Source: Gammaproteobacteria bacterium (lineage in GTDB: Bacteria; Pseudomonadota; Gammaproteobacteria; G965277405). From it: DNA of 64,000 nt. The notes under the pieces were generated by a model. It was not told the DNA's origin. It was given only the letters and a program-made list of their open reading frames with translations, and did no database searches. Positions 1 to 9,872 of the stretch are shown one piece after another (the first letter of the stretch is position 1; every line of letters begins with the position of its first letter). The position numbers were made by a program, and so were the translations under genes. The DNA lies in contig OZ255726.1 in NCBI GenBank assembly GCA_965277405.1, positions 352,001 through 416,000 of the forward strand, written 5' to 3'.

Positions 1-13
1 TTTAACCACGCGC

Positions 14-3000
14 TTACAAGCGCGCCGTCAAATTCAGTTTCAGCGTCCGCCCAGGTGCGGGCATCTTCGAACGGGTTAATGGATCGAGGTAGTATTGATC
101 TGTTAGGTTATCAGCAGCGAATTCAACTTGTAAGCGCTCATTCACGTTATACTTGGCGTAGCCATCAACGAGCAGGGTATTACCCCAGCCAAAAGATACC
201 CTTGACGGATTATGGCTAAATCTGCCGACTTGTTTATAATACTGGTCTAGGTCGGCGTTGGCGTCGCGGCTATAATACTTCACCCGGCTGCCTATCTCTA
301 AACGGCGGTCGAGCAGCCGGGCGCCGAGCGCCCAATTAGCCGATAATTTAGGGGTGGCGCGCCCTTGTTCAGAGCCAATTGTAAAGCCGAATGCAAAGCA
401 GGTCGGAGCGCGATATTCCAACTTCGAACGACGTGCGGCATAGCTTGCGTCGCAGATGTCGTTTTGCACCACGTAGTCGACAGCAATATTGCTAAACAAA
501 CGACCGCCATCGTAGCGCATGGTTAACTCTACCCCGCGCAGCTTTTTTTCGTCATAATTTGTAAAATATGAAAAAAGACTGGTATCAATAACCCCCTTGA
601 TCAGGTTATCGTAGTACGCGAGTTTGACGTCAGCGTATTCAGCGGTTGTTAGCCATTGGGTTAGGTCGTGGACATAGCTTATTTCCCAGTTATACGCGTG
701 CTCGGGGTCGAGTCCATACGGACCGATCGCGGCGGAGAACCCCATAGTGCTTTCGAACATGGACGGGTAGCGGATGAATTCGCTGTATTTAACGTAGCCG
801 CGGCTATACGGGGTAAATTGATAACTCGCGGTAAGATGCGGCACCCAGCCGTCGTCTTGCAGCTTTTCCGCCTTGGCATCGCTGGTATCTCTTTTGTTAC
901 TGATAGTACACTGAGTTATTTTCGCTGACTTATCATTACCTGTTTCCTTTGCTATTGCCGCTGCTACCTCACCATTAAAGCACGGGTGGGTAGCAAACGA
1001 ATACTTGCCAGCGGCATCCGTCTGCAAGGGGATTGGGTCATTTTGATGATCAGGATTGATAGGGATGCCAAAGTTTAGTTGTACTGCTTCTATCGCTTCA
1101 GCACTATCGCGGTTAGCTGTAATAAAGTCCATTTCTTTTGCGGTGTAGTATGGTGTCAAAATTTTAACCAGATTTTCCCGCGCACACTTCCTCAATAAGC
1201 GTGTTACCCCTTGTTTTCTCAAGTTTTCGCAAATATTTACCAATTGGTTATATCTATCTTGATTTTTTTTGTTAGCATCATTTAATGTTACAAGTTCCTT
1301 TCCTATTAACTGTCTGCGCTGCTTGGTTGGAATCTGCAGACCACCTGTAGTGTACCAGTAGGTAACGTTTTCATTTACAATATGCTCTAATTCTGGAACT
1401 TTGCCGCCTGCATCGATGATATATTTAAGGCGGTCGTCGAAACTCCAATACGCCGAATACGTCACCCCGCCGCTAAATTTTAAGGCCTCGTTCGGCTGCC
1501 AGGCGAGGCTGAGATTGCCGCCCCATTCCTGCCGCCGCCCAGCTCGTTCTATTATAGCTTTAGAGTATTTACCATCGGGGTTCGCTAGTTTTTGGTGCTG
1601 AAAATTGCCACCGATGGTTAGCGCCAGCGTGCTGGAAAGATCCATGGTATTGCTCAGGGTGATGCCATTGCGGGTATTGATAGAATCAACAAACCCAACG
1701 TTGACGACCAGACCGCTTTCTTTGTCAATTTGGTTGGGTTCACCTGCACTCGTATAGGTGTGTCCGCGGTTGTGCGTGCGCCAGAGGTTGGCGTGGAGGT
1801 CCAGCCAGCGGTTATCATTGGGGGTATTGCGGTAGTCGAGGTTATACGCCTGGGCAGTGACCGCGCTCAACGGCCACTGGGGATGACCGTACTTGAGATC
1901 ACTGCCAGTAATGAGCCGCGACGGCATGATCTCGCCGTTTAGCAAATTTGTATGGCGGTAGTTGAAGCCAAGTTTTTGTGCATTGTCAACCCGCCAGCTG
2001 CTTTTTAACAACAACGACGCCATCTCGCTCGAGGTATTGATGACTTCGTCGCCTTGTGGCCAGAAGGTGGTTAGGGCGCGCGTACTATCATAAATTCTTT
2101 TACCAGTTACTTTTGACCTGAAGTGACCATCCACATCCGTAGCAAAATAGCCAGGCTCATCATAATATCCGGCGTTGTTGCTACCCGCATAGTAATTACC
2201 GCGGCGACGGTAGGCGTATGCGGCGAGAAAATCAAAGCGCGCGGAGGTGTTGGCGACCGCCAGCCGGTAGGCAAAGTCGTCGCCGCCGAGCGGGGTTTCA
2301 TCACTACTTGATTTTGAGTTGAGTTGTATGCGCAGAGTTTTATCAACGTTGTAGAAACCTATAGATCGAGTATTCGAAAACCCTGCGGCGGCGGCTGATT
2401 CGCCAGTATGCAGCCGCGGTAGTTGCGGGGAGACCGCGTTGCCGCCGCTGGTTATTGTTAATTCTAGCCCAGAGTCGGCGCCTTCTGCAATAATATCGGC
2501 GGGGATCAGCGTGGTTACTTCCAGCGCCCCCCCGATGCCGCTATTGACATCGCGGGCGTTACTCGCACCTTTATGGATGCGCACCGAACTGATCAGGTTC
2601 GGGTCGATATAATTGCGGTTACTCACGCCGTTATAGCCGCGGTAGACGGTGATTGCCTGCTCGGTGCCGTCGATAATCACTGGCACCCGCCCGGGACCCT
2701 GCACCCCGCGAATATTGACATCGATCGACCCGCTATTGCGGGCATCGCCGCTAAATACCCCAGCAATCCCCTGCAATAAATCGGCAGGGTTGGTGCCGGC
2801 GTTGCGGCGGACTGCTGCCCTACCCATGTACACGGTGGAAGCGTTGTTATCGTAGACTGCGTCGTAGCCTTGTTCATCACGCAGGTAGCCTGATACCCCT
2901 GAGTCTTCAATGGTGAGGGTGGGGATGGCAAGCGTATTTGGCGTATTCGGCGTATTCGTTGTTGCCGAGTCAATAGCGGCAGCAATAATAACATAACGTG

Positions 3001-3379
3001 AGTTTGCGAGTTGCTGCGCTGCCAGCCCGCTGCCGCGCAAAATATACGCTAGCGCGGCGGTTAGCGCATACTCACCTTGGAGACCCTGGCTGTGCTTGCC
3101 GTCCGTGAGCGAGTGGTCAATATCAACGCCAATATCTGCCGCGCTAGCGAACGCCGCCAGCACTGTGGCGAGCGGACCTTGGCTGATGGCATAGTGCTGG
3201 GTGTCAGCATGCTGCGCTGCATGCGCTACGCTAGCAGCCAGCAATACCATGGCGGTCATTACCGCAGTGCTAAACACCACTGCATTCAATACCACTGCTC
3301 GCATTACCATGGTGCTGGCGTGTATGATTAGCCAACGCTGGCGGGTATTATTAGCGGACGATGGATTGTTTCTATGCAT
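14..3379 (-). CDS. TonB-dependent outer-membrane receptor with N-terminal signalling (STN) domain, heme/hemoglobin receptor-like
   Basis: Signal peptide, then an STN-like domain (YAISQGPLATVLAAFA...LQGEYALTAALAYILRGSGL). Plug motif VNIRGVQGPGRVPVIIDG and C-terminal NLTDQYYLDPL...APGRTLKLNLTARL. The true start may lie a few codons downstream. Confidence 0.9.
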   Translation of the reverse strand: MHRNNPSSANNTRQRWLIIHASTMVMRAVVLNAVVFSTAVMTAMVLLAASVAHAAQHADTQHYAISQGPLATVLAAFASAADIGVDIDHSLTDGKHSQGLQGEYALTAALAYILRGSGLAAQQLANSRYVIIAAAIDSATTNTPNTPNTLAIPTLTIEDSGVSGYLRDEQGYDAVYDNNASTVYMGRAAVRRNAGTNPADLLQGIAGVFSGDARNSGSIDVNIRGVQGPGRVPVIIDGTEQAITVYRGYNGVSNRNYIDPNLISSVRIHKGASNARDVNSGIGGALEVTTLIPADIIAEGADSGLELTITSGGNAVSPQLPRLHTGESAAAAGFSNTRSIGFYNVDKTLRIQLNSKSSSDETPLGGDDFAYRLAVANTSARFDFLAAYAYRRRGNYYAGSNNAGYYDEPGYFATDVDGHFRSKVTGKRIYDSTRALTTFWPQGDEVINTSSEMASLLLKSSWRVDNAQKLGFNYRHTNLLNGEIMPSRLITGSDLKYGHPQWPLSAVTAQAYNLDYRNTPNDNRWLDLHANLWRTHNRGHTYTSAGEPNQIDKESGLVVNVGFVDSINTRNGITLSNTMDLSSTLALTIGGNFQHQKLANPDGKYSKAIIERAGRRQEWGGNLSLAWQPNEALKFSGGVTYSAYWSFDDRLKYIIDAGGKVPELEHIVNENVTYWYTTGGLQIPTKQRRQLIGKELVTLNDANKKNQDRYNQLVNICENLRKQGVTRLLRKCARENLVKILTPYYTAKEMDFITANRDSAEAIEAVQLNFGIPINPDHQNDPIPLQTDAAGKYSFATHPCFNGEVAAAIAKETGNDKSAKITQCTISNKRDTSDAKAEKLQDDGWVPHLTASYQFTPYSRGYVKYSEFIRYPSMFESTMGFSAAIGPYGLDPEHAYNWEISYVHDLTQWLTTAEYADVKLAYYDNLIKGVIDTSLFSYFTNYDEKKLRGVELTMRYDGGRLFSNIAVDYVVQNDICDASYAARRSKLEYRAPTCFAFGFTIGSEQGRATPKLSANWALGARLLDRRLEIGSRVKYYSRDANADLDQYYKQVGRFSHNPSRVSFGWGNTLLVDGYAKYNVNERLQVEFAADNLTDQYYLDPLTRSKMPAPGRTLKLNLTARL

Positions 3380-3447
3380 GGTTTGCCTATCTATATTGCT
3401 AAAAAATACTACGCTACTGCGATCAAAAATTAAAGCAATAACTAAAC

Positions 3448-3466
3448 GCTAATAATTCTTATTAGC
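3448..3466. promoter_or_regulatory. Probable Fur box
   Basis: 19-bp palindrome GCTAATAATTCTTATTAGC resembling the GATAATGATAATCATTATC consensus, about 70 bp upstream of a TonB-dependent receptor. Confidence 0.65.
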
Positions 3467-3650
3467 GATTAACCGCCGCTATTGGTGCGGTATTGCTGGG
3501 TGCGGGTAGCGGGTAGCGGGTAGCCACAATACTGCTGCTTGGCTAAAGTGTTACCGCAGAGATTGGGCGAATGTTGTGGGGTAGTAATTTACCCGTTGCA
3601 GGCGCGATTGCAGCGCAGGCAAATAGCTGATGTTGTGGTATAGCGCCTAG

Positions 3651-3938
3651 GGAAGCTCTGATTAAGTCGCTGATGGGGCGAGTTAGCCTGCAATTGCTGA
3701 TGATTGCAAAGGCGCTAAGCGCATGACCTAGCTATACGCCAAGGGATGCAACACAGCAAGTACCGCTGCCGCAAACCATAAGTATATTCAACACAACGAC
3801 GGGAAAAAACGCTGCGCTAACGTCGTTGCAGCACTTGGCGACACCCACAAGACCACCAGTATTATCTGCGCACTGTGTCTAGTTATCATCAGCGTTTTTT
3901 CTCCGTCTCGCCCATCATGGACTTAATCAGAGCTTCCC
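3651..3938 (+). mobile_element. MITE family copy (full length)
   Basis: Terminal inverted repeats (TIRs) GGAAGCTCTGATTAAGTC...GACTTAATCAGAGCTTCC; flanks CTAG/CTAA. Confidence 0.9.
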
Positions 3939-3957
3939 TAACAATACTGCTGCCCTG

Positions 3958-4467
3958 CTAGCCTGCTTTGCCACCATCCAAATTATGTAAAAAAGCACTG
4001 TCGCTAATATCCAAGTCAGCAAATGCTTGCAGGCTGACGCCTGCATCTGCGAGCATAAGTTGTACCGCTGTATTGATATCCGCGTGTTGTGGCTTGTAGT
4101 GTAAATAAATAACATGGGTGATACCGACTTGGATGATGGCTTTGGCACAATTCGTGCAGGGGAATTGGGTAGCATACATGGCGGCGTTGTCAAGCTGTGA
4201 ATTGATACTGTTGTAAATAGCGTTTTGTTCTGCATGGACAACGTAGGTATGCTTTGAGCGCATTGGATCTGTGTCAATATCTTGCCAATACTGCGGGTTG
4301 TCATCGTCAAGCCCACGCGGTAAGCCGTTATAGCCAATGCCAATAATTTTATTTTTTGGACCAACGATACACGCGCCATTTTTGGTTTTAGGGTCTTTTG
4401 AGCGTAACGCGGATAATTTTGCTATTGCCATAAAATAGCATTGCCAAGAAAGCGGGCTATCATTCAT
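3958..4467 (-). CDS. dCMP deaminase (ComEB/DCTD family)
   Basis: RSKDP..GACIV..GYNG, HAEQNAI and PCxxC zinc motifs. Confidence 0.9.
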   Translation of the reverse strand: MNDSPLSWQCYFMAIAKLSALRSKDPKTKNGACIVGPKNKIIGIGYNGLPRGLDDDNPQYWQDIDTDPMRSKHTYVVHAEQNAIYNSINSQLDNAAMYATQFPCTNCAKAIIQVGITHVIYLHYKPQHADINTAVQLMLADAGVSLQAFADLDISDSAFLHNLDGGKAG

Positions 4468-4531
4468 GTGGTAGGCTACGATGTTTGGTGATAATCAGCG
4501 GCTCCTCAAGACGTGGTTGAAAAAGAACTAA

Positions 4532-4578
4532 GGAAGCTCTGATTAACTCGCTGATGGAGCGGGTTAATAAGAGCTCCC
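4532..4578. repeat. 47-bp mini-MITE hairpin
   Basis: GGAAGCTCTGATTAACTCGCT-GATGG-AGCGGGTTAATAAGAGCTCCC with CTAA on both sides. Confidence 0.8.
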
Positions 4579-4616
4579 CTAATATATTATTGATATTTAC
4601 TGTATAGGATATAACC

Positions 4617-5396
4617 ATGGTACATATTTTTATCCCGCTTGCTGTGTTCATACTCTGCTCATTATGGCAGGTCTATTTGCCATTTCGTGTTATTAACGGC
4701 GGCACTTCGCGCATCGCACGCAACTTGACTGTCGCGGCATTAGGTATTGTGCTCGGCCGGATATGCTTACCGATTGGGCTTGCGGGTGTAGCATTTATCA
4801 ATCAGCAATGGCAATTTGGCGCGCTCAACCAAATTGCGCTGCCGCTACAATGGCAGTGGGTGATTGGATTTCTGCTGCTTGATTTATCAATATATTGGCA
4901 GCATCGTTGTACCCATACATTGCCGATGCTCTGGAAGCTGCACCGGGTGCATCATATTGATGCGAGTGTCGATGCTTCTACTAGCCTGCGCTTCCACCCA
5001 ATCGAAGCGGGATTGTCCACACTGTATAAAGCCGCAGTCATCTTGATTGTTGGCATAGACGCCACGACAGTTATCACATTTGCCACGTGCTTGACATGCT
5101 TTGCGATGTTTGTCCACACCAATATTATATTGCCGCAGCGCGTAGAGAAAGTACTGCGGTGTGTTATTGTCACCCAACAATTGCATCGGATTCATCACAG
5201 CCAAGTGTTTGCAGAAACCAATAGCAATTACGGCACAATTTTTGTTTACTGGGATTGGTTATTTGGCAGTTATACCGCGCAGGCAACGCTACAACAACAG
5301 CAGCTACAGCTGGGCGTTGCGGGGTGGATGGGCAGTCGCAGTGATGTATGGGGAATATTGCAACACCCGTTTATAACAAGGAATGCAAAACCATGA
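4617..5396 (+). CDS. Sterol desaturase / fatty acid hydroxylase family membrane protein
   Basis: Histidine boxes YWQHRCTH, LHRVHH, HTN and LHRIHH; NSNYG...WDWLFGSY. Confidence 0.88.
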   Translation: MVHIFIPLAVFILCSLWQVYLPFRVINGGTSRIARNLTVAALGIVLGRICLPIGLAGVAFINQQWQFGALNQIALPLQWQWVIGFLLLDLSIYWQHRCTHTLPMLWKLHRVHHIDASVDASTSLRFHPIEAGLSTLYKAAVILIVGIDATTVITFATCLTCFAMFVHTNIILPQRVEKVLRCVIVTQQLHRIHHSQVFAETNSNYGTIFVYWDWLFGSYTAQATLQQQQLQLGVAGWMGSRSDVWGILQHPFITRNAKP

Positions 5397-5821
5397 TTGT
5401 TGCGATTGGTATTGATGTGTGCCGCAGCGATAGAATTGCCGCAGCGTATAAAAAATTTGGTGCGCGCTTTGCCAACAAAATACTCAGCGAGCATGAATTG
5501 CTGCGGTTTGCACAAATCGTACACCCAACGCGCAAAGTAGCGTTTTTGGCGAAGCGATTTGCAGCGAAAGAGGCGGTGAGTAAGGCGCTTGGCACTGGTA
5601 TGCGTCACGGGGTGCACTGGCGGCAAATTGCTACTACCAACACTCCAAGTGGTGAACCGCGTGTCGTCTTATCTGGTGCGGCATTCCACCGTGCTGCACA
5701 GTTGCACGTCAGCAAGATACATATTTCTTTAACCGATGAAGTCGACATGGCGTGCGTTGTCGCCATCTTGGAAACAGCAACGCCGCGTTGCGAGAGCCTA
5801 GATGCGGCTAACTTGGCTTGA
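5393..5821 (+). CDS. acpS: Holo-ACP synthase
   Basis: IGIDV..., FLAKRFAAKEAVSKALGTG, HISLTDE. ATGA overlap with the upstream gene. Confidence 0.93.
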   Translation: MIVAIGIDVCRSDRIAAAYKKFGARFANKILSEHELLRFAQIVHPTRKVAFLAKRFAAKEAVSKALGTGMRHGVHWRQIATTNTPSGEPRVVLSGAAFHRAAQLHVSKIHISLTDEVDMACVVAILETATPRCESLDAANLA

Positions 5822-7772
5822 CGTTGTGTTCACCCACTTTTTTTATCGCGGTGTTAACCTGCCGCATATCAGGGTGTTGCGGACTGAGATGTTTTTCAAA
5901 AATATCCTTTGCCCTTGTTAGCGCCTGGATTGCGGGTTGGTATTGCTCTTGTTGGGTAAATATTGCTGCTAAACTCGTGTATTCGCGGGCAACATACAAC
6001 GACTGTGGTTGTTGGCTAATTAGCGCTGTATACACCCTTTCAATAAAGAAGTTTGCCCGATCTGGCTGTTGTTGTAGTTGATATATTTCTCCCAATTGAA
6101 TCCTAGCCGCAAGCGTATAGATGCTTTTCTCCCCAAATGCAGCTGCGCGATTTTGGTATGAGCGCATCATCATTTGTTCAGCTGCTGCAAAGTTTTTGGT
6201 GCGGGCAAGAAAACGTGAGAGCAAGTCGTGGGCTGCTAATGTTGCAGAGTTGAGTGTGCCGAATACGTCGCTGTAGAGCTGATACGCCAGTGAGAGCATC
6301 ACGCGTGCTTCTGGATAAAAGCCTTCTATCTGCATCAATTCTGCTTGATGCAAATAGAGTTCTGCAAGTTGCGCGCGATACTGATCTTTGTGCTGGCGAT
6401 AAACAAACAATGCTTCTGTCAGATACAGTTTTGCTTGTGCTACATCATGGAGTCTGGTTGCAATTTTGCTGCGGTATGTGTAGATACGCGCGAGCATGCT
6501 AACTGCAAGCGTCGGTATCGATTCCGCCATGGCTTGAGCCGCGATAATATGTGTCTGCGCGAGTTGATACTTGCCTTGTTCGTACGCTGCCTCAGCCATT
6601 AAAAAAATGGTTGCAGCAGTGAACTGGTTGGCGTAGCGCAGCTGCTGTTGGCGGATTGTTGCGGCTTGTTCTGCCAATACATATGCTTGTCGATACCAGT
6701 TTTGACTGAGGTATGTTTTTGCAGTAATCATTTGTGCGAGGGTGTATTCAAGTGATTGTTTGCCATAGTAATGGTCGAAAATATCACCCGCCTGCGCGAC
6801 TGCGCTATCTGCTTGCCGATAGTGTTGTATGAGCGCATAATATTTTGCTTGCTCTAATAATAATCTAGCTCTTCTGCTACCGTCAATAACCGTGTCATCA
6901 GGGATTTTAGCAATTGCGGCAAGGTAGTTATTCATACCGACAGTTGTTTTGCCAACAGCAAAGGCAACATCACCATTATTGATAAGCGTGTCAATGAAAT
7001 ACAAGTTGTCTTGCAAAAAATACTGTTGCGACCAGCGGTGCGCACGGTTGCTCAATATTTGTGCTTGGTGTTTAAACCCCGCTTTGAGTGAGGTTGATGT
7101 CAATAGGTTGGCAACGTGCAAGTGTTGCGGATAGTCTGTTGTTGCCGTGAGCGTGGCGGCGTCTTGCAAGATAGAGATGGCGCTCGGATATTGTTGCAGC
7201 AGGATTAATTCATCAGCAGAGCGCAATAACAAGGTGCTGCAGAGCCGCGCCATTGTTTGTTTAAAATCAGGGTCTGCTGCATCACGTGCCATATGGAGTA
7301 ATGTGTTCCCTGCAACGTCATAGGCTACTGCGTCGAAATATGCTGTAAATTCATCGATCGCTGTGCTAGCAATAACATGCTGCCAGCGTCCACTTGCAAG
7401 GATGCTGAGCGATTTATATTTGAGTAATTCGTGTTGTGAAACCTGCAGGGCAAATGCTCTGCTGAGGTCGTTACGCGCAATAAACATCCGAGAAATCCTA
7501 TCGATGACATACATCACAACCGTTGGCGTTGTGCGTAGCCGTTGTGCCAAGTTCTCGACTAAGCCATCAAACGCATCATCGACACCATATGTGCTGCGGC
7601 GTTTGATTAAATGATCAACTTCAATATTGGAGACGAGTGCCCCGTAGGTTGCAGCAAAATCATCATAAAAATCACTGTTTTTTTGTATGCTTGTTGTGGT
7701 CTGCACAATGTAGCCGCAGCTGGCAATCATGAAACACCAACCAACAACGCCAACTCGAAATACGTGGTTCAT
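5808..7772 (-). CDS. Tetratricopeptide-repeat protein, possible lipoprotein
   Basis: Repeated kinesin-light-chain-like TPR units (LA..Y..QG.Y..A...; FG..H/S.T) and a possible lipobox IASC. Confidence 0.7.
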   Translation of the reverse strand: MNHVFRVGVVGWCFMIASCGYIVQTTTSIQKNSDFYDDFAATYGALVSNIEVDHLIKRRSTYGVDDAFDGLVENLAQRLRTTPTVVMYVIDRISRMFIARNDLSRAFALQVSQHELLKYKSLSILASGRWQHVIASTAIDEFTAYFDAVAYDVAGNTLLHMARDAADPDFKQTMARLCSTLLLRSADELILLQQYPSAISILQDAATLTATTDYPQHLHVANLLTSTSLKAGFKHQAQILSNRAHRWSQQYFLQDNLYFIDTLINNGDVAFAVGKTTVGMNNYLAAIAKIPDDTVIDGSRRARLLLEQAKYYALIQHYRQADSAVAQAGDIFDHYYGKQSLEYTLAQMITAKTYLSQNWYRQAYVLAEQAATIRQQQLRYANQFTAATIFLMAEAAYEQGKYQLAQTHIIAAQAMAESIPTLAVSMLARIYTYRSKIATRLHDVAQAKLYLTEALFVYRQHKDQYRAQLAELYLHQAELMQIEGFYPEARVMLSLAYQLYSDVFGTLNSATLAAHDLLSRFLARTKNFAAAEQMMMRSYQNRAAAFGEKSIYTLAARIQLGEIYQLQQQPDRANFFIERVYTALISQQPQSLYVAREYTSLAAIFTQQEQYQPAIQALTRAKDIFEKHLSPQHPDMRQVNTAIKKVGEHNVKPS

Positions 7773-7778
7773 GCTGAG

Positions 7779-8282
7779 TTAAAAAGAATGTCCCGCTACA
7801 CGTTTGCGCGCACTAAGCACCACAAAAGCTTGCATCCCCAACCCTTTGCCCATTGCGCTCATCCCTTCGCCACTTGTCGCAGTTATGCCAACTTGGTCGT
7901 TTTGGATATTGCATAACGCGCAAATTGAGGCAGTTATAATTGGTATTTTTGGGTCTATTTTGGGCTGCTGCGCTTCAATACAAACCGCTATATGATCAAT
8001 AATGTGGTTGTGCATGGCTTGGAGTGCATGCTCAAGATATACCGCGCTGTTGGTAATACCTTGTTGGCATAACAAATCTGCTGTTGCGCCGAGGATTGGC
8101 TTGCCAGTAAGAGAACCCATTGCCCGGCAAATAGCATGAAGAATAACATCAGCATCGGAGTTCCCTTCAAGCCCTATTTCGTCTGCAAATACTGCGCCAC
8201 CAAGTAGCAGCGGCTTGGCAGAGGCACTAAAACGATGGCTGTCTTGACCAATACCCGTCACGCTAAGCCATTGTGTATTCAT
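7779..8282 (-). CDS. ispF: 2-C-methyl-D-erythritol 2,4-cyclodiphosphate synthase
   Basis: GIGQDSHRF, NSDADVILHA, ATSGEGM. Confidence 0.9.
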   Translation of the reverse strand: MNTQWLSVTGIGQDSHRFSASAKPLLLGGAVFADEIGLEGNSDADVILHAICRAMGSLTGKPILGATADLLCQQGITNSAVYLEHALQAMHNHIIDHIAVCIEAQQPKIDPKIPIITASICALCNIQNDQVGITATSGEGMSAMGKGLGMQAFVVLSARKRVAGHSF

Positions 8283-8869
8283 GCGTCGATGCCATTGTTA
8301 AAAGAAGAGTCATGGATAATTTTGAGGGCAATCGCCGCCAAGTCTGTGTAAACGTTAACGTTATGTTGCCGTAAAAAAGCATGATTGTTATCATAGGTAG
8401 TATAACCATTCCCTGTTAATACTAAAACAGGCTGGCATCGAGCGGCAACTGCCGCTTGTAAATCGCTGAGCGAATCGCCTATAAACCAAGCTTGCTCTGG
8501 GGTGATGTTAAGCTCGTTGCATATGTCCAGTAACATTCCAGGCTTGGGTTTGCGGCAGCTACAATCATCACTATTCCCATGCGGACAGTAGCGGATGGTA
8601 TGAATGCTGCCACCAGCATCAGTTACACATGTAGTAAGCTTCTCATGGATTGTCGTCAGTGTTGCCGCGTGGAATAAGCCGCGAGATATACCGCTTTGAT
8701 TTGTAGCAATTGCAACTGGCAGTTGCTTACTTAACATTGCAATAGCAGAAATACTACCAAGAATAGGGTGCCATTCTTCGCATGATTTAATATATTGTGG
8801 CGAATCAATATTGATAACACCATCTCGATCAAGGATGATTGCCGCAGGTGTTAGGAATGTTGTGTTCAC
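8279..8869 (-). CDS. gmhB: D-glycero-D-manno-heptose 1,7-bisphosphate phosphatase
   Basis: LDRDGVIN, TNQSGI.RG, CPH...C.CRKPKPG, GDS.SD. Confidence 0.92.
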   Translation of the reverse strand: MNTTFLTPAAIILDRDGVINIDSPQYIKSCEEWHPILGSISAIAMLSKQLPVAIATNQSGISRGLFHAATLTTIHEKLTTCVTDAGGSIHTIRYCPHGNSDDCSCRKPKPGMLLDICNELNITPEQAWFIGDSLSDLQAAVAARCQPVLVLTGNGYTTYDNNHAFLRQHNVNVYTDLAAIALKIIHDSSFNNGIDA

Positions 8870-8882
8870 AAATGTCGTCTAA

Positions 8883-9167
8883 GGAAGCTCTGATTAAGTC
8901 GCTGATGGAGCGAGTTTGCTGCAATTGCTGATGATTGCAAGGCGCAAACCGCTAAGCGCATGCCGTAGCATATACGCCAAGGGATGCAACACAGCAAGTA
9001 CCGCTTGTAGGCAAACCATCATATATTCAATAGAAGGCCGGGAAAAAACGCTGTGCTAACGTCGTTGCAGCACTTGATAATACCACCAGTATTATCTGCG
9101 CACTGCGTCTAGTTATCATCAGCGTTTTTTCTCCGTCTCGCCCATCATGGACTTAATCAGATCTTCC
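8883..9167 (+). mobile_element. MITE family copy (full length)
   Basis: Same TIRs; CTAA on the left and (C)CTAA on the right. Confidence 0.9.
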
Positions 9168-9181
9168 CCTAAGTATTAAAT

Positions 9182-9868
9182 TTGGCTACCGTTATTCAAC
9201 AAAATACACTATTTCAGCAGGGGGTTCGCAGCTTTGTGCGGCGGCAAGGCAGGGTCACCAAAGCACAGCAGCGTGCTTTGGACACCTTACGCCAGCAGTT
9301 TGTGCTGGATAACTATCTGCCATTGGATGCAGCAGCAGTATTTGGCAATGACAAACCATTGTGGTTAGATATTGGTTTTGGCATGGGTGAAAGTACTCTA
9401 TACTACGCACTAGCAAATCCAGATATCAATCTGATAGCTGTAGATATCTATCGAGCAGGCATAGGGGCATTATTAATGAAATTAGCCGCGCATAACCTCG
9501 CAAATGTCCGTGTATATGATAACGATGTTGTTAACCTGATAGCGCAACGTCTATTCACTGAAACGACCTTTGCACAAATACTAGTGCTGCATCCAGATCC
9601 ATGGCCGAAGAACAAACACCATAAACGCCGTTTGTTACAAACAACATTCCTCCAGCAGCTAGCGCGACTATTGTCTGCTAGCGGCAAGATTGATTTGCGC
9701 ACCGATGATTGCAGTTATGCAGCGCACATAGACAAAGTTATCGAACAACTCGCAGCAACGCTGCGGATGCAATCTGTAAATCTTGTGCGTCCAAGTACAT
9801 CTTTTTTTAAAAAATCCCAACACAGGCAACACGCAATTTTTGATTATTGCCTCTGCCAGACAACATGA
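9182..9868 (+). CDS. trmB: tRNA (guanine-N7)-methyltransferase
   Basis: [31 protein letters not shown]. Confidence 0.93.
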   Translation: MATVIQQNTLFQQGVRSFVRRQGRVTKAQQRALDTLRQQFVLDNYLPLDAAAVFGNDKPLWLDIGFGMGESTLYYALANPDINLIAVDIYRAGIGALLMKLAAHNLANVRVYDNDVVNLIAQRLFTETTFAQILVLHPDPWPKNKHHKRRLLQTTFLQQLARLLSASGKIDLRTDDCSYAAHIDKVIEQLAATLRMQSVNLVRPSTSFFKKSQHRQHAIFDYCLCQTT

Positions 9869-9872
9869 TTAC

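Noticed and set aside
3503-3524. GCGGGTA x3 microrepeat upstream of the TonB receptor
   Set aside because: Too short to distinguish from slippage.
3927-4379. 150-aa ORF overlapping dCMP deaminase
   Set aside because: Alternative frame of a clear gene, with no recognisable motifs.
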